This document shows, one piece after another, positions 21,987 to 32,902 of a stretch of 64,000 nt of DNA. The DNA is from Selaginella moellendorffii. Its lineage: Eukaryota > Plantae > Lycopodiophyta. Where the stretch lies: positions 62,001-126,000 of the forward strand of contig NW_003314338.1 in assembly GCF_000143415.4 (NCBI RefSeq), in the 5' to 3' direction. The position numbers were made by a program, and so were the translations under genes. The notes below the pieces were generated by a model. It saw only the letters and a program-made list of their open reading frames with translations, ran no database searches and was not told where the DNA came from. The first letter of the stretch is position 1. Each line of letters starts with the position of its first letter.

Positions 21987-24900
21987 TCATCCCCTCCTCT
22001 CGGAATCATGGAAGGCCGTCAGGGTTCTCTTGTAGATGGGCCGGGATCTGGAGGAACGTCAGGAGGAGGCATCGGTGGATCTGTAGACGGTATTAACTGC
22101 TCCTGATCCCTCTGTATGAAGCGTTTTAACCGCTGCACATGCACAATCTCTGGAGGATCAGCCTGCTGAACGTCATGCCGAACCTCATAAACTTGTGGTC
22201 CAACTTGCCGCAACACCCGATACGGTCCTTTCCACTGCGCAAGGAGCCCCTTAGATAAACCACGTACCGTAAGATGGGGAAAACGGACTAACACCAAATC
22301 ATCCACTTTGTACTCCGCTGGTGGACGATGATGGGAATTGTAGCGCCGTTGTTGTCCCACTTGTACGCGGCCTAAGTGTTCAGCAGACTCTGCTCGGACA
22401 AGTGGAAGAATGCTTGTCAAATATTGATCCCATGACCTAGCATCAGGAGCTCGTGGCAATCGCGAAGGTAAACCTAGCTCTGTTGGTAATATTGGATCAT
22501 GACCATATAGAAGTTTATATGGTGAAGCACCAACAGAACTCTGCACCCCTGTAACATAAGCATACCGAAGAGACGGCAAATAACCATCCCAATCCGAATG
22601 TTGAAAGTTCACATACTTCGCAATCATCCCTTTGAATGTCCGAACGAGCCGTTCCACCAGACCGTCTGATTGTGGATGATAAGCACTCGTAAAAGTGTGG
22701 CGTATCCCCAACCGAGATGTCAAAACATGAAATACCTCAGCCATAAATGCAGGACCATTATCCGAAAGAATCCGTTCTGGACAAGAATGCTGGAACACCA
22801 CTCGATTGAGGAGGAAGTATCCAACAGCAGTTGCAGAGGCACTAGCAAGAGCACCAACTTCCACCCAACGAGTCAAGTAGTCAGAAGCAATAATAACATA
22901 CTCATTGCCAGCAGTCGATCGCGGAAAAGGTCCCATAAGATCAAACGCCACCAACTCAAACGGACGAGAAACTGCAATTGACTCCAACCGTCCTTCCGCA
23001 GCACAAGGGGGAGTATTACGAGCTTGGCACCAAACGCAGCTACGCACATACCGGATAATATCACGTCGCATCTCTGGCCAATAGAAAGATCTGCGCAACT
23101 TCTCGGTGACACGACGGTGTCCCATATGCCCACCTAGAATAGGAGAATCATGGTAGGCATGGAGAAACCGCGGAATAAACACCGAAGGCACCACCAGCCG
23201 TAAATGAGCATCAGGATCCGTCCCCACAAAATAAAGAAGGCCATCTTCAAGGCGATATTGAGAATGTAAATGCCGAAAAGGCAAGTCATCAGCAAGTGAT
23301 GCAGGATTCTCAAACCCATCTCGAAGCCTTCGAATCCACGGCTCAATCTTTTGAGCCTCGCGAACCTCATCCAGAGAAGGTAGATCTTGCTCTACGCCCT
23401 GTGGACACTGAACGTCAAGGACAGCAACCGCCGACGGCACAGAATCCTCATCTAGAAAATCCACAGATGCTGGAAGAACAGGTTCATCAGAAACATGAGA
23501 AGTGAGTGGAGAAGGAAGAGGAGCTCGAGAAAGGGCATCAGCATCAGCCATAGAACTCCCTGGGCGATGAACAACATCGAAATCATATATCTGAAGAAAG
23601 ATGGAGGGGTCACTAACTTATTCGCGCAAGGTCCCTCCATTACTCGCGCGACTCCTCGTTTCCCGAATGCACCTCGGTATCCAAACCTTCCACCGCAGCA
23701 GCACCAACGGGACGTTGCTGACGCCAAGGTCTCCACCCAGGAAATGGAGGTCGCCAATCCGGAAAGCTGTTCCAACATCCGATAAGTATGACCAACTTCA
23801 TCACACGCCCAGCAACGAATGTCACGGCCACGACCACGTCCTCGCCCTTGTCCTTGGACTCGAGTAACAGCAGCATGGTCACCTTCAAGTAACGTCCGAG
23901 AACCATGTAGATAGGCATGAAGTTTCTCGAAACCCCAGACTGCTGCTAAACACTCCTTCTCCGTCGTGGAGTAGTTCATCTCCGCTGGTTGTAATGTACG
24001 GCTTATGTATGCAATGGGATGGCGCTGACCAGGCACACTTGAGCTCTCTTGCATCAACACACCTCCAAGACCAATGTCAGAAGCATCCACGCGCAAAATA
24101 AAAGGTCGAGTGTAGTTAGGATATGCCAAAACCGGAGGAGTCGTCAATAGCTCTTTGAGATTCACGAACGCCCGCTCACAATCGGGAGACCAGATGAAAG
24201 ATGACGTTGATGACTTCAGCAACGCTCGCAATGGTAAAGTGCGATCGGAAAGATGATCCACAAAACGACCGAGATACTGCACCTTACCCAAAAAGCGCTG
24301 CACATCATTCACACACTTCGGAGTAGGGAACTTTAGAACAGCCACAAGTTTGTCAGGATCAACTTGCAAACCCTCACGAGAAATACGGTACCCAAGATAA
24401 GTTGTGTCCTTGGACCCAAACACGCACTTCGACCGCTTCAGCTTTAAACCAACGTCGCGTAGCCGATCCAACACTTTACAAACATCACGAACATGCTCCT
24501 CCCACGTCCCCTCCGAGTGGATCAAGACATCATCAATGAAGTCAGCCGTCACCTCTGGCATATCGCAAAGAACCTCGTCCATCATTCGCTGAAAAGTTGC
24601 TGGAGCATTGTTCAAACCAAACGGCATCACCAAAAACTCGTACAAACCAAATGGTGTACGAAAAGCAGTCTTAGGAATATCGTCTTCAGCCATCGGTACT
24701 TGCCAATACCCAGAAGCAAGATCTAGCTTGGTGAACCAACGACTTCGCCCCAGACGATCCAAGAGATCAGCAGTGTGAGGAAGAGGGTACACGTCCGGGA
24801 TCGTCACTTCATTTAACGGACGATAGTCGATGCAGAAACGAATACTCCCATCAGGCTTCGTCACAAGATGAGGTTCACATGCCCAAGGACTCCGCGACTT

Positions 24901-26254
24901 CCGAATAACACCCTTCTCCAACATCTCCTTAACGTTTGCACGTAAAATCTTGATCTCCTTGGGTGACCGACGACGAACAGGAACCTTGATTGGACGAGCA
25001 TCCCCGGTTGGAATGGGATGACGTGTGGCAATCTTGGCCCCAGACGATAGGTCAAATTCAAAGAGATCAGAATACTCCTTCATGAGCTGATCAACAGCTG
25101 CAACACAAAGATCATCGGAGGGATCGGAAAAGGGAAGAGCAGAACAAGATGGAAACACAAGAGGAAATAATGGGGGAACAAAAGTAATGGAAGCAGAGGT
25201 AGAAGTAGAGGGACGAAGAGGTACAGAAGTGAGAGGAATGGATGAAACATAAGGAAGTATGAGACAAGGGGGAAAAGCCTCAAAGTCACACTTGGCATGA
25301 TTGTGCTGCAACCAATCCATACCAAGAATGAGGTCAAAAGCTTGACTCGGCACCACCCGCAACGACTGCAACTCAAGCTCGAGATCGCCCACACGCACAA
25401 CCAAGTCCGCCTCATCTCGTGCACATGCATGTGTACGGCCGTTGCCATAAAGAATGAAAACTGGATCCGCCGCACGACGCAAGTGTAGACGACAACGTGT
25501 GGCAACAGGTCGAGCAATAGAAGATAAACTCGAACCTGTATCAACCAACACGGAGAGAAGAATAGGAGACCTCTTGTTATAAAAACGAGCTTGGAAAGTA
25601 AACACTGGATGAACCGGTGCCGAGTGAACCCCTTGATGATACTCCCGAAAGAAAGATGGAGGGGTCACTAACTTATTCGCGCAAGGTCCCTCCATTACTC
25701 GCGCGACTCCTCGTTTCCCGAATGCACCTCGGTATCCAAACCTTCCACCGCAGCAGCACCAACGGGACGTTGCTGACGCCAAGGTCTCCACCCAGGAAAT
25801 GGAGGTCGCCAATCCGGAAAGCGCCGACAACGCCGATAAGTATGACCAACTTCATCACACGCCCAGCAACAAATGTCACGGCCACGACCACGTCCTCGCC
25901 CTTGTCCTTGGACTCGAGTAGCAGCAGCATCAACCTCCATGGGAACAGGACCATCACTTGTGCATGCACTTGCTCCTGCCGCTCTTGACGATGCTCTTCG
26001 CTTGGCACAACGTTATGAGACGTCGCCTCTTCCACTTCTTGCTACACGTCCTTCAACTCCACTTCCTATGAGTGATGGTCCTGTTCCCATGGAGGTTGAT
26101 GCTGCTGCTACTCGAGTCCAAGGGCGAGGACGTGGTCGTGGCCGTGACATTCGTTGCTGACGCCAAGGTCTCCACCCAGGAAATGGAGGTCGCCAATCCG
26201 GAAAGCGCCGACAACGCCGATAAGTATGACCAACTTCATCACACGCCCATTTTC

Positions 26255-27187
26255 ATGGCCGATCCGCAATCTCCTCCTTTGACTCTAGAGCAGCAGTTGG
26301 TTCAATTGCTTGATGCTATGCGCCTGCAATTGAACAACCAAACTCAGTTGATGGCGGCATTCACGGCACATGGTACAACTCCTCCTGCTTTTGGTGCCAA
26401 TCCTCGCGTTCGGCCGGAGTTCTTTTGTGGGAATCCTAGGGATGATGTGTACCATTGGTTCGATCACTTCACGGTGATTGCCACATATCATTCTTGGGAT
26501 GATGCTCGGCGTTTGCGTGAGTTCCCCACATGTCTTCAAGGGACGGCATTGCAGTGGTACAATGGATTGAGCGCAGCTACTCGTGGCGATTGGAGTGTTC
26601 TTCCGGACGTCTTCAAACGCGCCTTCGGACACGCCGACGATTGTGATGATGCCTTCCAACAATTGCATCGTCTTCGCCAAGGGCCATCTGAGTCGGTGAT
26701 GCAATTTGGCGTTCGTTTCCGAAGTCTTTTGCTTCGTGCGGAACCAAATATGTCGGAGCGGATCAAGCTAGGAATGCTGTGGCCAGCACTTCGTCAAGAT
26801 CTTGTCGGACTTGTGCATGCACTTGCTCCTGCCACTCTTGACGATGCTCTTCGCTTGGCACAACGTTATGAGACGTCGCCTCTTCCACTTCTTGCTACAC
26901 GTCCTTCAGCTCCACTTCCTATGAGTGATGGTCCTGTTCCCATGGAGGTTGATGCTGCTGCTACTCGAGTCCAAGGACAAGGGCGAGGACGTGGTCGTGG
27001 CCGTGACATTCGTTGCTGGGCGTGTGATGAAGTTGGTCATACTTATCGGCGTTGTCGGCGCTTTCCGGATTGGCGACCTCCATTTCCTGGGTGGAGACCT
27101 TGGTGTCAGCAACGTCCCGTTGGTGCTGCTGCGGTGGAAGGTTTGGATACCGAGGTGCATTCGGGAAACGAGGAGTCGCGCGAGTAA
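26255..27187 (+). CDS. gag: Retrotransposon Gag (complete copy)
   Basis: Same 310-aa protein as 19311-20243 with a few substitutions. Confidence 0.9.
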   Translation: MADPQSPPLTLEQQLVQLLDAMRLQLNNQTQLMAAFTAHGTTPPAFGANPRVRPEFFCGNPRDDVYHWFDHFTVIATYHSWDDARRLREFPTCLQGTALQWYNGLSAATRGDWSVLPDVFKRAFGHADDCDDAFQQLHRLRQGPSESVMQFGVRFRSLLLRAEPNMSERIKLGMLWPALRQDLVGLVHALAPATLDDALRLAQRYETSPLPLLATRPSAPLPMSDGPVPMEVDAAATRVQGQGRGRGRGRDIRCWACDEVGHTYRRCRRFPDWRPPFPGWRPWCQQRPVGAAAVEGLDTEVHSGNEESRE

Positions 27188-27226
27188 TGGAGGGACCTTG
27201 CGCGAATAAGTTAGTGACCCCTCCAT
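27163..27226 (+). promoter_or_regulatory. -1 programmed ribosomal frameshift signal (G GGA AAC plus H-type pseudoknot)
   Basis: Heptamer in correct gag phase, 6-nt spacer, stem 1 27176-27184/27197-27205, stem 2 27187-27194/27219-27226; pol is in the -1 frame. Confidence 0.82.
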
Positions 27227-30200
27227 CTTTCTTTCGGGAGTATCATCAAGGGGTTCACTCGGCACCGGTTCATCCAGTGTTTACTTTCCAAGCTCGTTTT
27301 TATAACAAGAGGTCTCCTATTCTTCTCTCCGTGTTGGTTGATACAGGTTCGAGTTTATCTTCTATTGCTCGACCTGTTGCCACACGTTGTCGTCTACACT
27401 TGCGTCGTGCGGCGGATCCAGTTTTCATTCTTTATGGCAACGGCCGTACACATGCATGTGCACGAGATGAGGCGGACTTGGTTGTGCGTGTGGGCGATCT
27501 CGAGCTTGAGTTGCAGTCGTTGCGGGTGGTGCCGAGTCAAGCTTTTGACCTCATTCTTGGTATGGATTGGTTGCAGCACAATCATGCCAAGTGTGACTTT
27601 GAGGCTTTTCCCCCTTGTCTCATACTTCCTTATGTTTCATCCATTCCTCTCACTTCTGTACCTCTTCGTCCCTCTACTTCTACCTCTGCTTCCATTACTT
27701 TTGTTCCCCCATTATTTCCTCTTGTGTTTCCATCTTGTTCTGCTCTTCCCTTTTCCGATCCCTCTGATGATCTTTGTGTTGCAGCTGTTGATCAGCTCAT
27801 GAAGGAGTATTCTGATCTCTTTGAATTTGACCTATCGTCTGGGGCCAAGATTGCCACACGTCATCCCATTCCAACCGGGGATGCTCGTCCAATCAAGGTT
27901 CCTGTTCGTCGTCGGTCACCCAAGGAGATCAAGATTTTACGTGCAAACGTTAAGGAGATGTTGGAGAAGGGTGTTATTCGGAAGTCGCGGAGTCCTTGGG
28001 CATGTGAACCTCATCTTGTGACGAAGCCTGATGGGAGTATTCGTTTCTGCATCGACTATCGTCCGTTAAATGAAGTGACGATCCCGGACGTGTACCCTCT
28101 TCCTCACACTGCTGATCTCTTGGATCGTCTGGGGCGAAGTCGTTGGTTCACCAAGCTAGATCTTGCTTCTGGGTATTGGCAAGTACCGATGGCTGAAGAC
28201 GATATTCCTAAGACTGTTTTTCGTACACCATTTGGTTTGTACGAGTTTTTGGTGATGCCGTTTGGTTTGAACAATGCTCCAGCAACTTTTCAGCGAATGA
28301 TGGACGAGGTTCTTTGCGATATGCCAGAGGTGACGGCTGACTTCATTGATGATGTCTTGATCCACTCGGAGGGGACGTGGGAGGAGCATGTTCGTGATGT
28401 TTGTAAAGTGTTGGATCGGCTACGCGACGTTGGTTTAAAGCTGAAGCGGTCGAAGTGCGTGTTTGGGTCCAAGGACACAACTTATCTTGGGTACCGTATT
28501 TCTCGTGAGGGTTTGCAAGTTGATCCTGACAAACTTGTGGCTGTTCTAAAGTTCCCTACTCCGAAGTGTGTGAATGATGTGCAGCGCTTTTTGGGTAAGG
28601 TGCAGTATCTCGGTCGTTTTGTGGATCATCTTTCCGATCGCACTTTACCATTGCGAGCGTTGCTGAAGTCATCAACGTCATCTTTCATCTGGTCTCCCGA
28701 TTGTGAGCGGGCGTTCGTGAATCTCAAAGAGCTATTGACGACTCCTCCGGTTTTGGCATATCCTGACTACACTCGACCTTTTATTTTGTGCGTGGATGCT
28801 TCTGACATTGGTCTTGGAGGTGTGTTGATGCAAGAGAGCTCAAGTGTGCCTGGTCAGCGCCATCCCATTGCATACATAAGCCGTACATTACAACCAGCGG
28901 AGATGAACTACTCCACGACGGAGAAGGAGTGTTTAGCAGCAGTCTGGGGTTTCGAGAAACTTCATGCCTATCTACATGGTTCTCGGACGTTACTTGAAGG
29001 TGACCATGCTGCTGTTACTTCATTATTGAAGCGGAAGAACCTGGTTGGTCGTACGGCTCGATGGGCTTTGAAGCTTCAGATATATGATTTCGATGTTGTT
29101 CATCGCCCAGGGAGTTCTATGGCTGATGCTGATGCCCTTTCTCGAGCTCCTCTTCCTTCTCCACTCACTTCTCATGTTTCTGATGAACCTGTTGTTCCAG
29201 CATCTGTGGATTTTCTAGATGAGGATTCTGTGCCGTCGGCGGTTGCTGTCCTTGACGTTCAGTGTCCACAGGGCGTAGAGCAAGATCTACCTTCTCTGGA
29301 TGAGGTTCGCGAGGCTCAAAAGATTGAGCCGTGGATTCGAAGGCTTCGAGATGGGTTTGAGAATCCTGCATCACTTGCTGATGACTTGCCTTTTCGGCAT
29401 TTACATTCTCAATATCGCCTTGAAGATGGCCTTCTTTATTTTGTGGGGACGGATCCTGATGCTCATTTATGGCTGGTGGTGCCTTCGGTGTTTATTCCGC
29501 GGTTTCTCCATGCCTACCATGATTCTCCTATTCTAGGTGGGCATATGGGACACCGTCGTGTCACCGAGAAGTTGCGCAGATCTTTCTATTGGCCAGAGAT
29601 GCGACGTGATATTATCCGGTATGTGCGTAGCTGCGTTTGGTGCCAAGCTCGTAATACTCCCCCTTGTGCTGCGGAAGGACGGTTGGAGTCAATTGCAGTT
29701 TCTCGTCCGTTTGAGTTGGTGGCGTTTGATCTTATGGGACCTTTTCCGCGATCGACTGCTGGCAATGAGTATGTTATTATTGCTTCTGACTACTTGACTC
29801 GTTGGGTGGAAGTTGGTGCTCTTGCTAGTGCCTCTGCAACTGCTGTTGGATACTTCCTCCTCAATCGAGTGGTGTTCCAGCATTCTTGTCCAGAACGGAT
29901 TCTTTCGGATAATGGTCCTGCATTTATGGCTGAGGTATTTCATGTTTTGACATCTCGGTTGGGGATACGCCACACTTTTACGAGTGCTTATCATCCACAA
30001 TCAGACGGTCTGGTGGAACGGCTCGTTCGGACATTCAAAGGGATGATTGCGAAGTATGTGAACTTTCAACATTCGGATTGGGATGGTTATTTGCCGTCTC
30101 TTCGGTATGCTTATGTTACAGGGGTGCAGAGTTCTGTTGGTGCTTCACCATATAAACTTCTATATGGTCATGATCCAATATTACCAACAGAGCTAGGTTT

Positions 30201-30651
30201 ACCTTCGCGATTGCCACGAGCTCCTGATGCTAGGTCATGGGATCAATATTTGACAAGCATTCTTCCACTTGTCCGAGCAGAGTCTGCTGAACACTTAGGC
30301 CGCGTACAAGTGGGACAACAACGGCGCTACAATTCCCATCATCGTCCACCAGCGGAGTACAAAGTGGATGATTTGGTGTTAGTCCGTTTTCCCCATCTTA
30401 CGGTACGTGGTTTATCTAAGGGGCTCCTTGCGCAGTGGAAAGGACCGTATCGGGTGTTGCGGCAAGTTGGACCACAAGTTTATGAGGTTCGGCATGACGT
30501 TCAGCAGGCTGATCCTCCAGAGATTGTGCATGTGCAGCAGTTAAAACGCTTCATACAGAGGGATCAGGAGCAGTTAATACCGTCTACAGATCCACCGATG
30601 CCTCCTCCTGACGTTCCTCCAGATCCCGGCCCATCTACAAGAGAACCTTGA
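27163..30651 (+). CDS. pol: Retrotransposon Pol (PR-RT-RNase H-INT), full-length uninterrupted frame
   Basis: PR VLVDTGSS and ILGMDWL; RT RFCIDYRPLN, LDLASGYWQ, MPFGLNNAPATFQ, FIDD; RH VDASD/EKE/GDH; INT HHCC, D-D(35)-E, GPY motif; no chromodomain. Gypsy domain order. Confidence 0.95.
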   Translation, partial: GKRGVARVMEGPCANKLVTPPSFFREYHQGVHSAPVHPVFTFQARFYNKRSPILLSVLVDTGSSLSSIARPVATRCRLHLRRAADPVFILYGNGRTHACARDEADLVVRVGDLELELQSLRVVPSQAFDLILGMDWLQHNHAKCDFEAFPPCLILPYVSSIPLTSVPLRPSTSTSASITFVPPLFPLVFPSCSALPFSDPSDDLCVAAVDQLMKEYSDLFEFDLSSGAKIATRHPIPTGDARPIKVPVRRRSPKEIKILRANVKEMLEKGVIRKSRSPWACEPHLVTKPDGSIRFCIDYRPLNEVTIPDVYPLPHTADLLDRLGRSRWFTKLDLASGYWQVPMAEDDIPKTVFRTPFGLYEFLVMPFGLNNAPATFQRMMDEVLCDMPEVTADFIDDVLIHSEGTWEEHVRDVCKVLDRLRDVGLKLKRSKCVFGSKDTTYLGYRISREGLQVDPDKLVAVLKFPTPKCVNDVQRFLGKVQYLGRFVDHLSDRTLPLRALLKSSTSSFIWSPDCERAFVNLKELLTTPPVLAYPDYTRPFILCVDASDIGLGGVLMQESSSVPGQRHPIAYISRTLQPAEMNYSTTEKECLAAVWGFEKLHAYLHGSRTLLEGDHAAVTSLLKRKNLVGRTARWALKLQIYDFDVVHRPGSSMADADALSRAPLPSPLTSHVSDEPVVPASVDFLDEDSVPSAVAVLDVQCPQGVEQDLPSLDEVREAQKIEPWIRRLRDGFENPASLADDLPFRHLHSQYRLEDGLLYFVGTDPDAHLWLVVPSVFIPRFLHAYHDSPILGGHMGHRRVTEKLRRSFYWPEMRRDIIRYVRSCVWCQARNTPPCAAEGRLESIAVSRPFELVAFDLMGPFPRSTAGNEYVIIASDYLTRWVEVGALASASATAVGYFLLNRVVFQHSCPERILSDNGPAFMAEVFHVLTSRLGIRHTFTSAYHPQSDGLVERLVRTFKGMIAKYVNFQHSDWDGYLPSLRYAYVTGVQSSVGASPYKLLYGHDPILPTELGLPSRLPRAPDARSWDQYLTSILPLVRAESAEHLGRVQVGQQRRYNSHHRPPAEYKVDDLVLVRFPHLTVRGLSKGLLAQWKGPYRVLRQVGPQVYEVRHDVQQADPPEIVHVQQLKRFIQRDQEQLIPSTDPPMPPPDVPPDPGPSTREP

Positions 30652-30668
30652 CGGCCTTCCATGATTCC

Positions 30669-30680
30669 GAGAGGAGGGGA
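30669..30680 (+). other. Polypurine tract GAGAGGAGGGGA
   Basis: Ends 3 nt before the LTR at 30684; same arrangement before 32729. Confidence 0.85.
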
Positions 30681-30683
30681 TGA

Positions 30684-30857
30684 TGTGAGGGCCAAGTGTA
30701 CGGCTACGATGCCGTATACTAATATTAGCATAGTGGATTTTGGTAGCCGTCGGATTGGTTTCAATCCGGACCACTCACTCCTGTATATAAGCTAGGGTTT
30801 TTGGGTTAATTGATATGCACATTTCTGTATTCCCTTTCCATATTCCATGCACTCACA
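30684..30857 (+). repeat. Family A LTR, internal copy
   Basis: Matches 14071-14244. Confidence 0.95.
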
Positions 30858-32728
30858 TTTGGAGGTGTGTTGATGCAAGAGAGCTCAAGTGTGCCTGGTC
30901 AGCGCCATCCCATTGCATACATAAGCCGTACATTACAACCAGCGGAGATGAACTACTCCACGACGGAGAAGGAGTGTTTAGCAGCAGTCTGGGGTTTCGA
31001 GAAACTTCATGCCTATCTACATGGTTCTCGGACGTTACTTGAAGGTGACCATGCTGCTGTTACTTCATTATTGAAGCGGAAGAACCTGGTTGGTCGTACG
31101 GCTCGATGGGCTTTGAAGCTTCAGATATATGATTTCGATGTTGTTCATCGCCCAGGGAGTTCTATGGCTGATGCTGATGCCCTTTCTCGAGCTCCTCTTC
31201 CTTCTCCACTCACTTCTCATGTTTCTGATGAACCTGTTGTTCCAGCATCTGTGGATTTTCTAGATGAGGATTCTGTGCCGTCGGCGATTGCTGTCCTTGA
31301 CGTTCAGTGTCCACAGGGCGTAGAGCAAGATCTACCTTCTCTGGATGAGGTTCGCGAGGCTCAAAAGATTGAGCCATGGATTCAAAGGCTTCGAGATGGG
31401 TTCTAGAATCCTGCATCACTTGCTGATGACTTGCCTTTTCGGCATTTACATTCTCAATATCGCCTTGAAGATGGCCTTCTTTATTTTGTGGGGACGGATC
31501 CTGATGCTCATTTACGGCTGGTGGTGCCTTCGGTGTTTATTCCGCGGTTTCTCCATGCCTACCATGATTCTCCTATTCTAGGTGGGCATATGGGACACCG
31601 TCGTGTCACCGAGAAGTTGCGCAGATCTTTCTATTGGCCAGAGATGCGACGTGATATTATCCGGTATGTGCGTAGCTGCGTTTGGTGCCAAGCTCGTAAT
31701 ACTCCCCCTTGTGCTGCGGAAGGACGGTTGGAGTCAATTGCAGTTTCTCGTCCGTTTGAGTTGGTGGCGTTTGATCTTATGGGACCTTTTCCGCGATCGA
31801 CTGCTGGCAATGAGTATGTTATTATTGCTTCTGACTACTTGACTCGTTGGGTGGAAGTTGGTGCTCTTGTTAGTGCCTCTGCAACTGCTGTTGGATACTT
31901 CCTCCTCAATCGAGTGGTGTTCCAGCATTCTTGTCCAGAACGGATTCTTTCGGATAATGGTCCTGCATTTATGGCTGAGGTATTTCATGTTTTGACATCT
32001 CGGTTGGGGATACGCCACACTTTTACGAGTGCTTATCATCCACAATCAGACGGTCTGGTGGAACGGCTCGTTCGGACATTCAAAGGGATGATTGCGAAGT
32101 ATGTGAACTTTCAACATTCGGATTGGGATGGTTATTTGCCGTCTCTTCGGTATGCTTATGTCACAGGGGTGCAGAGTTCTGTTGGTGCTTCACCATATAA
32201 ACTTCTATATGGTCATGATCCAATATTACCAATAGAGCTGGGTTTACCTTCGCGATTGCCACGAGCTCCTGATGCTAGGTCATGGGATCAATATTTGACA
32301 AGCATTCTTCCACTTGTCCGAGCAGAGTCTGCTGAACACTTAGGCCGCATACAAGTGGGACAACAACGGCGCTACAATTCCCATCATCGTCCACCAGCGG
32401 AGTACAAAGTGGATGATTTGGTGTTAGTCCGTTTTCCCCATCTTACGGTACGTGGTTTATCTAAGGGGCTCCTTGCGCAGTGGAAAGGACCGTATCGGGT
32501 GTTGCGGCAAGTTGGACCACAAGCTTATGAGGTTCGGCATGACGTTCAGCAGGCTGATCCTCCAGAGATTGTGCATGTGCAGCGGTTAAAACGCTTCATA
32601 CAGAGGGATCAGGAGCAGTTAATACCGTCTACAGATCCACCGATGCCTCCTCCTGACGTTCCTCCAGATCCCGGCCCATCTACAAGAGAACCCTGACGGC
32701 CTTCCATGATTCCGAGAGGAGGGGATGA

Positions 32729-32902
32729 TGTGAGGGCCAAGTGTACGGCTACGATGCCGTATACTAATATTAGCATAGTGGATTTTGGTAGCCGTCGGAT
32801 TGGTTTCAATCCGGACCACTCACTCCTGTATATAAGCTAGGGTTTTTGGGTTAATTGATATGCACATTTCTGTATTCCCTTTCCATATTCCATGCACTCA
32901 CA
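32729..32902 (+). repeat. Family A LTR, terminal 3' copy
   Basis: Matches 14071-14244 and is followed by TSD AGGT. Confidence 0.95.

Larger units (their letters stand above)
14071..32902. mobile_element. Scrambled 18.8-kb concatemer of a young Ty3/gypsy LTR retrotransposon (family A, unit about 5.0 kb), flanked by 4-bp TSD AGGT
   Basis: Starts with an LTR (TG) at 14071 and ends with an LTR (CA) at 32902; AGGT at 14067-14070 and 32903-32906. The interior is near-identical gag/pol/LTR pieces in both orientations. Confidence 0.93.

Noticed and set aside
18532-26254. Chimeric ORFs (18532-19143, the tail of 23452-25830, the N-terminal extension from 26072) as novel genes
   Set aside because: They arise by read-through across rearrangement junctions.
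27052-27162. ORF-track start of pol (MSALSG...)
   Set aside because: Non-ATG start overlapping gag upstream of the slippery site; pol is more plausibly entered by the -1 frameshift at 27163-27169.
14071-32902. Ordinary nested insertions of complete elements
   Set aside because: Internal junctions are mostly not at LTR termini, lack TSD pairs and show microhomology; only the outer ends have a TSD.
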